From NCBI RefSeq assembly GCF_018977255.1, contig NW_024704742.1, positions 105,216,001 through 105,280,000 on the forward strand: a stretch of 64,000 bases of DNA. Reading direction: 5' to 3'. Within the stretch, counting starts at the first letter, position 1, and each line of letters opens with the position of its first letter. The position numbers and the translations under genes are program-made. Shown piece after piece: positions 27,591-40,133 of the stretch. Origin of the DNA: Callorhinchus milii. Taxonomy: Eukaryota. The notes beneath the pieces are model-generated. The model was not told where the DNA came from. It saw nothing but the letters and a program-made list of their open reading frames with translations, and made no database searches.

Positions 27591-27900
27591 CGAGCAGACC
27601 CCGCTCCCCCCGAGCAGACCCCGCTCCGCTGTCGGGTCGGGTCGGGGGGGGGAGGGCCCTGTTGCCTGACGTCGCGCCGCCGCCAATGAGCTGTGTCCGG
27701 GCCGCGCTCCCCACTCACCGGCTTTGAGGAGGAGTCGAGGCCTCGGCGGCGCAGGAAGCCCGGCGGCCGGTACTCGCTCCTCACCCCGACACCGCCTCTG
27801 ATTCCCGGGCGACATTGGCTCAAGTAAGTGCCCCTCTCCCCCCCCTCCCCCCGGGCAGCGCGGCCTGAGCGAGCGGCAGCGGGGAGTGTGGCACTGCACT
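27590..27900. promoter_or_regulatory. Small CpG-rich promoter, probably of FBXL17 and probably bidirectional
   Basis: The most CpG-dense unique sequence in the window. Contains CRE-like TGACGTCG (27667-27674), CCAAT box (27683-27687, +), CCAAT box (27814-27818, -) and an ETS-like GGAAG near 27754. Confidence 0.75.
27750..27823 (+). other. FBXL17: Putative non-coding first exon of FBXL17 (start approximate)
   Basis: Consensus donor CAA|GTAAGT at 27824-27829 inside the CpG-rich region. The coding exon has a clean acceptor at 34884-34885 upstream of its ATG, implying an upstream exon. Confidence 0.6.
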
Positions 27901-27919
27901 GTAACTATAACCAGCGCCC

Positions 27920-29500
27920 ACCCCCCCCCCAGGGCTGTGTGTGTGTATACACAGCCCACCCCCCCCACCCCCCCCCAGGGCTGTGTGTGTGTGTGTGTGT
28001 GTATACACAGCCCCAGCCCCCCCCCCAGGGCTGTGTGTGTGTATACACAGCCCCCCCACACCCCAGGGCTGTGTGTGTGTGTGTACACAGTCCCCTCCCC
28101 CCCCAGGGCTGTGTGTGTGTGTACACGGTCCCCCCCCCCCCCCAGGGCTGTGTGTGTGTGTGTACACAGTCCCCTCCCCCCCCCAGGGCTGTGTGTGTGT
28201 GTACACGGTCCCCCCCCCCCCCCAGGGCTGTGTGTGTGTGTATACACAGCCCCCCCCCTCCCAGGGCTGTGTGTGTGTGTGTGTGTGTGCGTATACACAG
28301 CCCTCCCCCCCCCCAGGGCTGTGTGTGTGTGTGTACACAGTCCCCCCCCCCCCAGATCTGTGTGTGTGTGTGTACACAGCCCCCCCCCCCTCCCAGGGCT
28401 GTGTGTGTGTGTGTGTGTGTGTATACACAGCCCACCCCCCCCCCCCAGGGCTGTGTGTGTGTATACACAGTCCCCCCCCCCCCCCCCCCCCCCGGGCTGT
28501 GTGTGTGTGTGTGTATACACAGCCCCCCCCCCGCCCCCAGGGCTGTGTGTGTGTGTATACACAGCCCCCCCCCCCCCACCACCCAGCTAGCTGTGTGTGT
28601 ATACACCTCCCCCACACCCCTGGGTTAGCTGTGTGTGTATGTATACAGACCGTAGTTATGTTGTGTGTACATGTACACCCCCGGGATAGCTTTGTGTGCA
28701 CACATGTACACCCCCACCTCCCACCCCATGGTTAGCTGTGTGTGTACCGCCCGCCCCCCCCCCCCCCCCGGTTAGTTGTGTGTGTGTGTACCCCCCCACC
28801 CCCGGACAAGCTGTGTGTGTGTGCGTGCGTGTGCATGTGCACCCCCACCGGCCTAGCTGTCTGTGTGTGTGCGTGTGCACCCCCCCCCACCCCGGTCTAG
28901 CTGTGTGTCTGTGTGTGTGCATGCGCATGTACCCCCCCCCTGGGCGAGCTGTGTGTGTGTGTGTACAGACCGCAGTTATGCTCTGTGTGCATGTACACCC
29001 CCGGCTGGCTGTATGTGTGTGTGTATGTAGACCCTAGTTAGACTATGTGTACAACCCTAGGCTGACTGGCGCTGTGTGTGTGTGTGCACCCTCCCAAGGC
29101 TGTGTCACCCCCCCCCCCCCCCAGGACTGTATGTCTGTGTCTGTGCATCTCTCCAGGGCTGTGTGTGTGTGTGCATTGTCAGCCAGCTCGGGGTCAACTA
29201 GCCAGGAGAGTGTTCACACACACAAAAACACAACCCTAGGGTGTGCACACACACACACAGGACGTCCTCCTGATGTGAAAGGCATTATAAAAATTTAATC
29301 TTATTGTGTGTGTGCACCCCCAGGGCTGTGTGTGTATGTGTGTGCGTGTATGTGTGCATCCCCCCAGGGCTGTGCATGTGCACATGCGCACCCCCTCCCA
29401 GGGCTGTGTGTGTGTGCACCCCCAGGGCTGGCTGTGTGTGTGTGCATCCCCTCAGGACTGTGGATGTGTGCACCCCTAGGATTGTGTGTGTGTGTGAACA
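27920..29500. repeat. Compound minisatellite Cn-AGGGCT-(GT)n-ATACACAG, degenerating towards the 3' end
   Basis: Directly visible; regular to ~28600, degenerate after that. Confidence 0.95.
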
Positions 29501-29549
29501 TCCTCCTGGCTAGTTGACCCCGAGCTGGCTGACTATGTATAGAACCGTA

Positions 29550-30295
29550 AACGGGCTGGGAGGCTGGTTGGGTGACTGCCTGGTGGGCTGGCTGCCTGAT
29601 GTATGGGCTGGGTGGATGGTGGTCTTGGTGGTTGGGTGGATGGTAGGCTGGGTATTTTGGATGGGCTTGGGGTGGGTTTGAGGGGGATTGGGTGAATGGT
29701 GGGATTGGGTGGATGGTGGGTTTGGTGGGTGGAGGTAGGGTGGATGGTGGTGTGGGGTGATGGGATGGTGGTGCGGTGGGCGGGGTGGGTGGTTTGGTTG
29801 AGTGGAGGTTGGGTGGGTGGGTGCGGTGGGTGGATGGTGAGAAGGTGGGGTGGATGGTGGGATGGATGATGGGTGAGGTGGATGGTTGGGTGAATGGTTG
29901 GTTGGACGGTTGGCTGGTTGGACGGTTGGCAGGTTGGCTGGACGGTTGGCAGGTTGGCTGGACGATTGACAGGTTGGCTGGACGGTTGGCAGGTTGGCTG
30001 GACGATTGGTTGGTTGGACGATTGACAGGTTGGTTGGTGTGGATGGTTGGATGGCAGGTTGGTTGGATGGCAGGTTGGTTGGATGGCAGCTTGGTTGGAT
30101 GGCAGGTTGGTTGGATGGCAGGTTGGTTGGATGGCAGGTTGGTTGGATGGTTGGTTGGATGGTTGGCAGGTTGGTTGGCAGGTTGGCAGATTGGTTGGCA
30201 CAGTGGTTGGTTGGTGTTGGTGGTTGGATGGTTGGCAGATTGGATGAATGGTTGGATGGTTGGTTGGCAGGTTGGTTGGATGGTTGGACGGTGGG
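29550..30295. repeat. G-rich (GGTT/GGAT/GGCA)n simple repeat with 16- and 20-bp higher-order units
   Basis: Directly visible, e.g. GACGGTTGGCAGGTTGGCTG units at 29921-30000. Confidence 0.95.
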
Positions 30296-31214
30296 CTCGC
30301 TGAGAGTTCTGGTCCTGCCCTGATAGATTGCAGGAACAATAGTGGAATGTGGAATATAAACAGTGGGACACAGATCTTCTCCCACTCCCCTCAGCTACAA
30401 CTCCAGTTAACGTATATTAACATAGAGCATCACAGCAAGGAAACAAGCCATTCAGCCCAGTTAGTCCGTGCTGGTGTTTACATACGTGCTTCTACCCCTC
30501 TTGCATCCCTCTCTTGTATCCCTCTCTTTCCTCTATTTCAGTCTCCCTAGTGTGTTTAGAGTCAAACGTGCTTCTTTTCACCCACCCAATCCTAACCATA
30601 TGTCACTGGACAATTGCCATCTGGTCCAAGTACAAAGAGGTGCTTTACCTCTTCTTTCTCCCACCCCCACCCCCAATCTAGATGCCACCTCCAATCCACC
30701 ACCAGCAACTGACCGTTAGATTGCTCAATTAGATGTTTGTCCAGACTCCCATCCATTTTATAGGTTGTGAGTGCTTGCTCTGGGCAAAGTGTAAGCTGTC
30801 TGTAAACTCTTCAGTTAAATAATGTCCGTTTTCAAAAAAAAACAAGCTGTAGTCACACTTGTTATACAGTACGCTTTTATGTACAGTGGGTGTATTGTAT
30901 ATATATATATAAAGAGGTTGGATAAAATGCAATTTCAAATGCTTTTGTGTTTTTTACAATACCCAAGTTAGTTTCCTGAAATTATCCTGAATAAGTTTGG
31001 TTATTTTGTATTATATTTAGCAGTGTTTTTTTAAAAAAATTGAAAAGGATTTACAACATATCCTTCTCTAAAAGTACTTAAACACAATGGAAATAAAGCA
31101 TTTTTTTTAAGAAGGCATGTTTGTAATCATTAACTAACAGTTGGTATTTTTGAATATTGTTCACATAATGGGTTGTGCTGGTCTCAACAGGAAACAGAGT
31201 TCCAGTTTGCTTTA

Positions 31215-31975
31215 GTGGGAAGGACTACAGTGTGATGGGATCAAACTTGCCAAGAGGGAAGCTGGAAGAGATCTAGAGGTGTTTGTTGTTTTGTCTTTCC
31301 TTCACTATGTCAAAGCAATGTGAGACAGCAATAAACAAGGCAAACAGGATGCAGGGCTTTATAACTAAATCACTTGAGTTTAGATCCCTAATGTCATACT
31401 CGGGCAAGATAGCGCTCTGGTCAGGTCAGACCTTGAATACTGATCTGACCTGAGCACTATCCAGCCCAAGTATGATGACTGGGGATCTAAACTCCACTGA
31501 TTTAGTTATATAGCAATCTGGTCACCGCGTTTGGTCACCGTGACATACAGGGGCCCAGGCCTTAAAGAGGAGAGAATGGTAAAGGGATGAGCTCTGAACA
31601 GCGATTAGACAAGTTAGAGCTCTTTAGTCTTAAGCGAAGATGACTTGGATGGAACCTTATCAAGTATACAAAATATAAATGGGATTGAAAGCGTAAAATC
31701 AAATCAATATTTTTGGATGCATCAAGACAGTAGAACAAGAGGACATTGGTTTAGAACTGTAAATGCAATTTCAGGACAGATAGCAGGAATTTTTTTTACA
31801 CAGAGAGTAATCAACAATTAGAACAGGTTAGCAGGAATAGTGACAGAGGCCAGGATACTAGATTCATTTAAAAAGCTGATTGATGCAGTGGTGAGGTGAT
31901 GATTTTCTTGAGAGATGAAATTGAGATGGACCGAAGGGCCTTCATCCAGACCAATCACGTGTTATTGTGATGTAC
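31215..31975 (+). mobile_element. Old CR1 LINE 3' fragment containing a fold-back duplication
   Basis: Similar to the 13225 CR1 copy apart from an inverted insert at ~31444-31510. Confidence 0.75.
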
Positions 31976-34920
31976 TCAAAATTTGTGAAATGCCATTGCT
32001 CTGTACACAGCTTTGTAAGTATAACAGTTTGTTTAATGCACTGAGTACAAAGCAGTTCATTGCATTGAAAACTGTAAAACTATTGTAGTTAACTCCATAA
32101 CTCCTGACTTGTGGAGGTGATTGCCATTTTTATTTGTCACTTCACAGGATGAGAATGATGTTTACAACGATTATAAACCTAGATTCAATCATTTTGCTGA
32201 TTTTTATACAGTCCCTCAAACTCTTGCAAACTGCAGTGCATAATTTGCCACTCTGTGAAACACTGCTTCCATTTCAAATTGGTGGAAACTCTGGCTTAAC
32301 TCCAGTTTAACAAACAATATGGATTTTTATTGAACTTGGGGAGTTATTTCACTCTATGGTTACAGATTATATGATAGTATAAAGCCATCCACTCCAAATC
32401 CAACTATTTTTAACACATAAAAGTCAATGACCACCCTTAGAATAATTATATTAGTGAAGATAGCAATGCTGCTATCTGTTTGGTAACAACAAACAAATCT
32501 AAATTTGGAAGCCAGTTAGATTGCAGAGCTATGCGTGTAACTCACTGTTACCTCACACTGCTCTATTGAACAAACCAGTTTCACATCAGAACCTGCGGTC
32601 TAACAGGGAATTTAAACTATTGACATCCACCATAGATAACACAGAGCAAATTTTATTCTAAATCAAATCGGAAGCAGTAAATTCTTACTGGAAAAGATTG
32701 AAATGGTGTCATTGTATGGCAGTTGAGTGCAACAAAGATATGTTTGGGAGATGGATCCCTTTGACTTGTGTGTAAATTTACTAAATATTATTGAAATGAA
32801 ATGTAATTGATAGCCTGGGACAGTGTGGTTACCTGTTTCGCTGAGGTTCACAATCATAAGCAATATCGATGCACTTAGGAATGCTCAGCACTTTTGATTG
32901 CGGAGTGATGCAGAGTAAATTTGTACCTGTCATTTTGTTTTCTTCATTTCCCCTCAACAAACACACAATAGATCCCTGATTTTGATTATTCAACAGTGAA
33001 CATTTTGTTAGTTGAATAGTTTTCTGTGCCTGTCACAACAGAACAACAGTCCTTGAGGTACTCATTTTGTTCAAACGGATTCGCCTTTTTGAATTAGCTG
33101 TGACTTGAATTATCCAAGGCAGGAACAATACACTATTTAGTCAAGAATATTTGACATCAGTACAAGTGCTTTTGTCTCTGAATGAAAGATAGCACTCCAA
33201 GATCAAATAGAACAAGCTGATTGTTCTAGTTAATTTGAGAATGATTAAAATGTCTATATCATAAAGCCTTGGATAATGTACTTTTCACAGTGCTTCTTGT
33301 TTTTCCCATTTTGCCTGTGGAAGTAGTAAGCTGCCTCCCTCTGACAGCCAACATTTGGAGGAAGTTGTCACTGAGGAGCATTCTGAGTGCATACTCTTCT
33401 GCACAGTGTATAACAATAGTACAGAAGCTGTCTGATGTTCTCAGCTGTTCAGAGTCTGCTAGTATACTTTGTGATGCCATTTACTCAGTGCCATTTTACA
33501 AAAAAATCTGGTGGATTGATCTGGAAAATTTTGTGACCGACTACTTTAGTTTGTGTGGTAACCCATTTTACTATCTTGTAAGCTGCACCTGTACAGCAAT
33601 CTTTCTGTTAGAAATGGAGAACCGGATTTGCAAGAGTTGTAAAGCGCTCGGAAACGTTGTTCTACGTGCAGGGCGCTATACAAATACAAGTTGCAGTTAT
33701 GTTAAATGTTTGCATCAAGGTCCCTTTGGAGGTTATGGTTAGCAGTGTAAAATTGCAGTAGCGGGGAATTAATTAGAAGGTGAACGTAAGCTACCATTTT
33801 TGTCAGTAATTTCTCTTTTTCTAACATTTTTAACTTGAAGGTTATGTTAACATGGAAATATATTTTAAAACGGAAGATTCTTTAGAGTATAAAGGAAGTC
33901 AATTAAATACATCAGATTTCGAGTCTCAGTATATTGGATTTCAGAATGGTAATCTGGTGTGGCTGTTCACAGTGGAGTGAAATATTGTCAACATTTACAG
34001 TCGTTTGAATTTGCAATTTGCTATGAGTAAAATTTTCTGACGTTTCTGTTGCTGCCAGATTATGTTCGTCTATCAACCTTACATTTGGACTAGGTTAACG
34101 TATCAGCATTCTAAAAATCAGTATTTTTATATGCAATTGGAAAAGTAAAAGTACCATGAGTTTATAATTGAACAAGTTGTGTCTAAACAGTTAATAGTAC
34201 TTTACTCTCAAAAGTACTGTACATTCAAATGCTCTACACATGAATTTGCATAAATTGTCATTATAAGTAATATACTCAAGTTGTACATGCACCAAAGTCC
34301 CATTCATTTTCCTACTAAAAAAAATTTGATTTCTTTGCACAAGTCGGATTTTACAAGTCGGATAAACAGCTAAGTCAGGTTTCTTGGTCCCAAATAATGT
34401 AAATCCTGATGGAAATAATCTCCTAATACGTGTCATCGCAAATGCATCTACTGACTGGATTAACAAAGAACTGCATGTATAGTGCTACGTTTGAAACACT
34501 ACAGTAAAGTAAATGAAGTAATTCAGTTACAGCGTTAATAGTTCTTTGTAATACTCTATTAAAACAGATACGATTTGAAACTTTTTTGGTAGCGCTATTG
34601 TACACATTTTAAACACGTGAGAATATGTACATTGTACAGATGTATTTGTTATGCAACAGTTGTATAAAATCCCACTTATACAAATCTTGTACTTCATGTA
34701 AGTCATATTAAATGTTATGGTCCACTGATATGACTTATGCAAGTTTACTTGTAGTTGTGACCAGCGGGTTGCATAAATTTGTATTGGTCATGATCAGAAC
34801 AATTCAGTTGTGTACATATAAGTTCTAAACTGACTGATGAAACTAACTTTGTTTTTCATTCTCATGAGGTGTTTTTGTTTTGCAGAAACATACTATTGGA
34901 GAAGGTTCTGAGTCTTCTAT

Positions 34921-35577
34921 ATGGGCCATTTTCTTTCAAAAAATGGTAAGCGTGTGAAGAAGAGAAGACGGAAATTCAGGAAGAACTGCTTTCTTCATGG
35001 TCCTTGTATGCTGTGCTTCATAGTTCACAACACTTCTGTTCTTGACGAGGATCAGTTCGAAAGCGCGTCTAAGCTTGCCGAACATTACGCAGCACTGAAG
35101 ACTTCCGAGGAGTGTGCAAAGTTTCTTCTTTCTCCAAAGGAACTTGCTATCTGGGAAGAGCAGGGAAAGAATCTACTCTCCAGTGTACCAGCAAAATTGA
35201 TCAGGCCTCCTCTGTTCAGAACAATCTCATCTGAGTATTCCGAGATGCCAGTTTGCAAACGTAAATGTGCTGGGGTGCAAAAGTGTACACCTTGTAAACT
35301 GCCTCGCTCAACAGTTGAGGGAGCTCCTGAGACAGGCTCGAACAATGATCTAGCTCAGCGTCAATCACCTGTATGCACTTTGCCAACATCCACAGTGGAA
35401 TGCACTAACGTGGGGCTTCACGTGGACATGGGTGACTGCTCTTCTCTGCTGCAATGTCCGGTGTCTCCTCTGGGACCGGAAGACAATGAATTGGTCCCAC
35501 GTGGAAATTTGAAAGACTTAAGAATGGAGTCTGAGCTGCCCAATATAAATCAACTCCCTTCCTCTATACTTCTGAAG
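34921..35577 (+). CDS. FBXL17: FBXL17-family F-box/LRR protein, coding exon 1 (219 codons; exon starts at 34886 after ttttgcag acceptor)
   Basis: Translation MGHFLSK...CFLHGPCMLCFIVH...WEEQG...VCKRKCAGVQKCTPCK...INQLPSSILLK matches recalled FBXL17 N-terminal motifs and the start of the F-box. Donor AAG|gtgagg at 35578; 657 nt, phase 0. Confidence 0.93.
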
Positions 35578-36654
35578 GTGAGGTATTTAACTATGCAAAT
35601 ATTGTACTTGTTTTGATTTTAATTTTATTCATACACTTCCATCATTTGTGAAAATATCAAAGGTGAGATTATTTTAAATTCAGACTCAGTCTATGTAGCT
35701 CGATGCTAGTTTGGGTAACTTGGTTTGAACAGACTTTGGTTGCTTTGAACAAGTTTGTTTTCACCACTCCCTGCTTAAGAGAGTGGATATGCCTTCCTCT
35801 CCCATGCGTCAAGATATGCCACTTTTATATTAGATAGATGGTGCAATAAAGAGGTTTAAATGTTCAACATAATCCAGTTTAGTTGCTTTATTCCTTTTCT
35901 ATGGAGAGCTGCCCAGCTGTTTTTTGTGTGTTTTGTATTTTTAAGCATGCTTGTGAACTCATGGGTTTCTCAGAAAATTATAGAAAGTTCCATTTGAAAT
36001 AAAAAATGAATAAGGCCATTGATTGGGGGTGGGTGTGGAATCCACAGAGTGAGAGAGGGATGTAATGCCTGGTTTAGGTTTTGGTGACTGCTCGTTCGTC
36101 ACTCTCGCTGTTCTACCATTGGTGACCAATGTTCATCCACTGTCCTCCCCCTTTCTGGAGATTTCTCCGAATATCATCTCACACTTTCAAAGTGTATCTC
36201 TTTATGCATTTGGTCAACACCTGAAAATTTTCCCTCCTTTTCTCTCTACTTGGTGTGCATTATTTTGTCAACGACTGTTTAGTGGGATACTGCTGTAGGC
36301 ACTTGGCAGCCGCATTTTGCCACAAAATACACAGTCAATTCACTTCACAGTATATTCTGTGAAGGGCTTTAAGACTTCTTGAAGACATGATAAGGTGCTA
36401 TATCAAATGCAAGGATTATTATTATAATGTAAAACACTTCAAACTGTTCATTCTGTGTGAATTATATTATAAAGGAAAGTTACCGCAAGAAGAGCCTAAA
36501 TGGAAGTGCGCACCACAAAAAACAGTGCTATACCCTTTACTTAGCAAAATGTTGGTTTCTGTTTGGTTTGATCTCCAGCACATGTGCCTCTGCTGCTGGA
36601 ATCCTTAATGAACCCACAGGGAAGTAATAGCAGTAGAGCTTGAGAGCCGAGTGT

Positions 36655-37318
36655 CAGGTGACTTCTAGATCCCTCCAACCTCACAAACTTCAGACCCATC
36701 ACAAACCTGCCATCTCTGGCCAAAGTTTCGAACATGTCGTTGCAAAACCACTTTGTTTACACCTCCTCCTCCACTCTACTCAAACCTCTCGAGTCTGTTT
36801 TTTTGCCTTGCCCAAGGCACAGAGACAGAGCTTGTCAAAGCAATAAATGACATCCTCTCTCTCTGCCTCCTCGACCCTTCCACCTTGTTCGACATAGTTG
36901 ATCATGCCATCCTCCTCCACCGCCTCTCCTCCCTCATGCATCTTAATGGGACTGCACTCACATGGTTCGAGTATGAACCTACTTAACAAACCGCCAAGAA
37001 TACATATTGGCAAATATTTTTTCCTCTCACCCCCGCTCGGCTGGCTCCGGCCTCCTGTTTGTCCCTCATGCCCTCCGCTTCACCATTGGTGGCTGTGCCT
37101 TCAGCCACTATGCCCTGAAACTCTATAACTCTCTCCCTCAATCCCTCTGCCTTGCCTCCTCCCGCCCCGTTTTCAATCCCACCTAAAGACCTTTTTGATC
37201 ATGCTACAGTCACCTCCCCCTCCTCCTTCCCCCTGGCTTGATGTCAGACTCCTCCACTGTCAAGTGCTCTGGGACGCTACCGTGTGAAGGGCGCTATATA
37301 AATGCAAATTGTTGTTGA
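36655..37318 (+). mobile_element. Degraded L2 fragments
   Basis: LLDPSTLFDIVDHAILLHRL motif and L2 tail. Confidence 0.75.
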
Positions 37319-37874
37319 CCTGACTCCTGGACTGTGCAGGCTCTGTTCTCAAACTCCATTAACTTTGTTTTGCTGCAGGCCTGATTTATAGGAGGAGTTG
37401 AGCAGCATGATGTTGCACATATGGTGTCACTGATGTATTCATGAATGTAATCGGACTGGATGCCAACCCAGAGTGATCTGTGGGTGGTTAAATGCACTGC
37501 CCAAAATCACCGTGGATTATACAATACAAAATTACATTTCTATAATGCTTTCACATCGGGAGGATGATCCCAGGTGCTGGAGGATGGTACTTAGGGCCCA
37601 CAGCTCTGTTTATGTTGCCTGATTTTACTCGAAGGTGGAATGATGTGAAGCTTCCATTATCCTCTTGACTATTGATAATATTGACTGGTAAATATTATTG
37701 ACAAGTAATCTAGACCAAACCCTATGGTGCTGTGCACTGAAATCCATTTGTGTGCTAATAAACTATTTACCGGTATGTTAAAATTCCAGCAAATTGCTTA
37801 TAGTCATCTCAGAATAACTGGAATTTTAGACTCCTGTTGGTTGAATTCCGCTTAGTCCAACAGGGACCTAGGAA

Positions 37875-39155
37875 AATCGGAACAGGAGAGGCCGTTCAGC
37901 CCTTCGAGCCTGTTCCAACATTTAAGTAGATCATGGCTGATCTGTACCTGAACTAATCCTTTCAATTCCAATTTCCCGCTTTCTCCCCATATCCCTTAAT
38001 ACCCTGACCTACAATAATCTATCAACCTCACTTTGGAAGGTGTGGATGGATCCAGCACCCACGGCCTTTTTGGAAAGAGAATTCCAGATTTCTACCGCCC
38101 TTTGAGTGAAAAAGTGCTTCCTGATTTCACTCTTAAATGGCCTGGTTTTAAATTTAAGACTATGCCCCTTGTTTTGGATTCCACCACCAGAGGAAATAGC
38201 TTCTCTGTATCTACCCTATACCTTACCATCTTAAATACCTCAATCAAATCACCCCTCAACCTTCTAAACTCAAGGGAATACAATCCAAGTTTTCACAGCC
38301 TTTTCTCGTAACTTAACCCTTTTAGGCCTGTTAACATTCTGGTGAACCTGCGCTGCACCCCCTCCAGTGCCAATATATCTTTCCTGAGATGTGGTGCCCA
38401 AAGCTGAACACAGTCTCCAGATGAAGTCTGACTGATGCTTTATGCAGCTGAAGCATCATTTCTTCCCCTTTGTATTCCAGGCCCCTTGAGATAAAGGCCA
38501 ATAATCCATTCGCCTTTTTGATTACTTTTTGCATCTGGGAACTAGATTTTAGTGATTTGTGGATATGGGCACCCAAATCTCTTTGTGTCTCCACAGTTCT
38601 TAATTTCTCTGCATTAAGAAAATATCCTGCTTCATCTTTTTTCTTTCCATAGTGGATGACCTCGCACTTCGCTACATTGAACTCCATTTGCCATAGCTTT
38701 GCCCACTCACTTAATCTATCTAAATCCCTTGGTAACTTCTTATAATAATAATCCTTGCATTTGATATAGCGCTTTTCACGTCGGGAGGACGTCCCAAAGC
38801 ACTTCACAGAACACACTGTAAAGTGAATTGACTGTATATTTGTGGGCGAATGCGGCAGCCAATTGCGCACAGCAATATCCCACAAACAGTTGTAGATTGA
38901 AAATGACCAATTTATTATTGTTTTTGGTTTTGGAGGGATTATTATTAGGCTCTGTGTGGAGTAAGGAAACTGCCCAAGGTTTCGCCCTCTGTCTGGAATT
39001 GAACTCAGGTCTCTCACTTGCAAAGCGAGTGCTCTAACCACTGAGCTACAGGACTCCACACTTCTTACTCCCATCTACACAATTTACTGAGCTTCCTAGC
39101 TTAGTGTCGTCTGCAAACTTGGATATAAAACTTCCTCATCCTTCATCCAAGTCAT
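37875..39155 (-). mobile_element. CR1 LINE 3' part, interrupted by a SINE
   Basis: DLDRLSEWAKLWQMEFNVAKCEVIH and YSLEFRRLRGDLIEVFK motifs. Confidence 0.9.
38743..39059 (-). mobile_element. Young tRNA-Ala SINE, short form, inserted in CR1
   Basis: Full length; TSD ACTTCTTA at 38735-38742 and 39060-39067. Confidence 0.93.
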
Positions 39156-40133
39156 GTCCTGCCAGGAACGCCAGGGCCAGAGGAAGAGATACAGAGTGGA
39201 GGGTAAAGAGCCCCGGCCCTCTCAGTCACGTTTCGCGCTGCCTCTATGACGCTACCCCATGTGAAGGGCGCTATATAAATGCAAGTTGTTGTTATGCAAC
39301 TTGGTGTGACGCAGCGAGCAGCAGCAGGAAGAGTGCTATTCTAAAACTATAGAACTATATAATCTCAGTAGGAAACACAAGGTAGTGATAGAACATGGGG
39401 AATTTCAGTGTAAGTGGGAAGTGGATTACTTGTTTATTGAAAGTAATGGAATACCTCAATGCCTTGTCTTACAAGTCATATCTGTGTTGAAGAAGTTCAG
39501 AATTAGTTTTGCAATTATGGATTAAACTATTTTGGTTTTATTGAGCATTTTCTGTAGGCGCCTCCATATGCCTGCACATTTTAGCTGATGTAGCGCTTTT
39601 CATGTCTTCTAGACATCTCAAAGTGCTTCACAGAATATACTGTAATGTGAATTGAATATATATTTTGTGGGTGAAACGGATACAGTATAATGGATAAAGG
39701 ATACAGTAAAACTTGCATAAGTCTTATCTTTATAAATCATATAATCGCCTGCACATTCACCCGAGTCCCATTCAGTTTCCTATCAAAACCATTTTGATTT
39801 CTTTGCATTGGTGGCATTTATCACCTACTAACTTGTAATGGCGCTATCCTACCTTGCAGTAGTAATGGAGGGTAGGATTGAATTATTGGTTGCATTGAAT
39901 CACGGGAAACATAGTTTTGACCCGTCATTGCATGTGCACTTACCAGCTGCAGTGATGAACTACCACATATGCACTTACCGGCTGCTGCAGTGAATTACGC
40001 ATGCGTAGTGTAGATTATTGATTAAATCAGATTTTGTTTTCATTTCAACATATGCTGCTATTAAATAAAAAGTTATTTCTTCTTTCCCAGCAATTTTACA
40101 TTGATAATTTTATCAATGACAATTTTACATTGA

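Noticed and set aside
24990..28600. CRISPR-like array
   Set aside because: Eukaryotic context, no unique spacers and no cas genes.
24865..30385. Very long Pro/Gly/His/Val-rich ORFs (up to 1207 aa) in many frames on both strands
   Set aside because: They arise because the tandem repeat units lack stop codons; all frames are open and C-run length varies freely.
33269..33742. 157-aa intronic ORF
   Set aside because: Non-ATG start, no domain similarity, and it runs into a retroelement tail.
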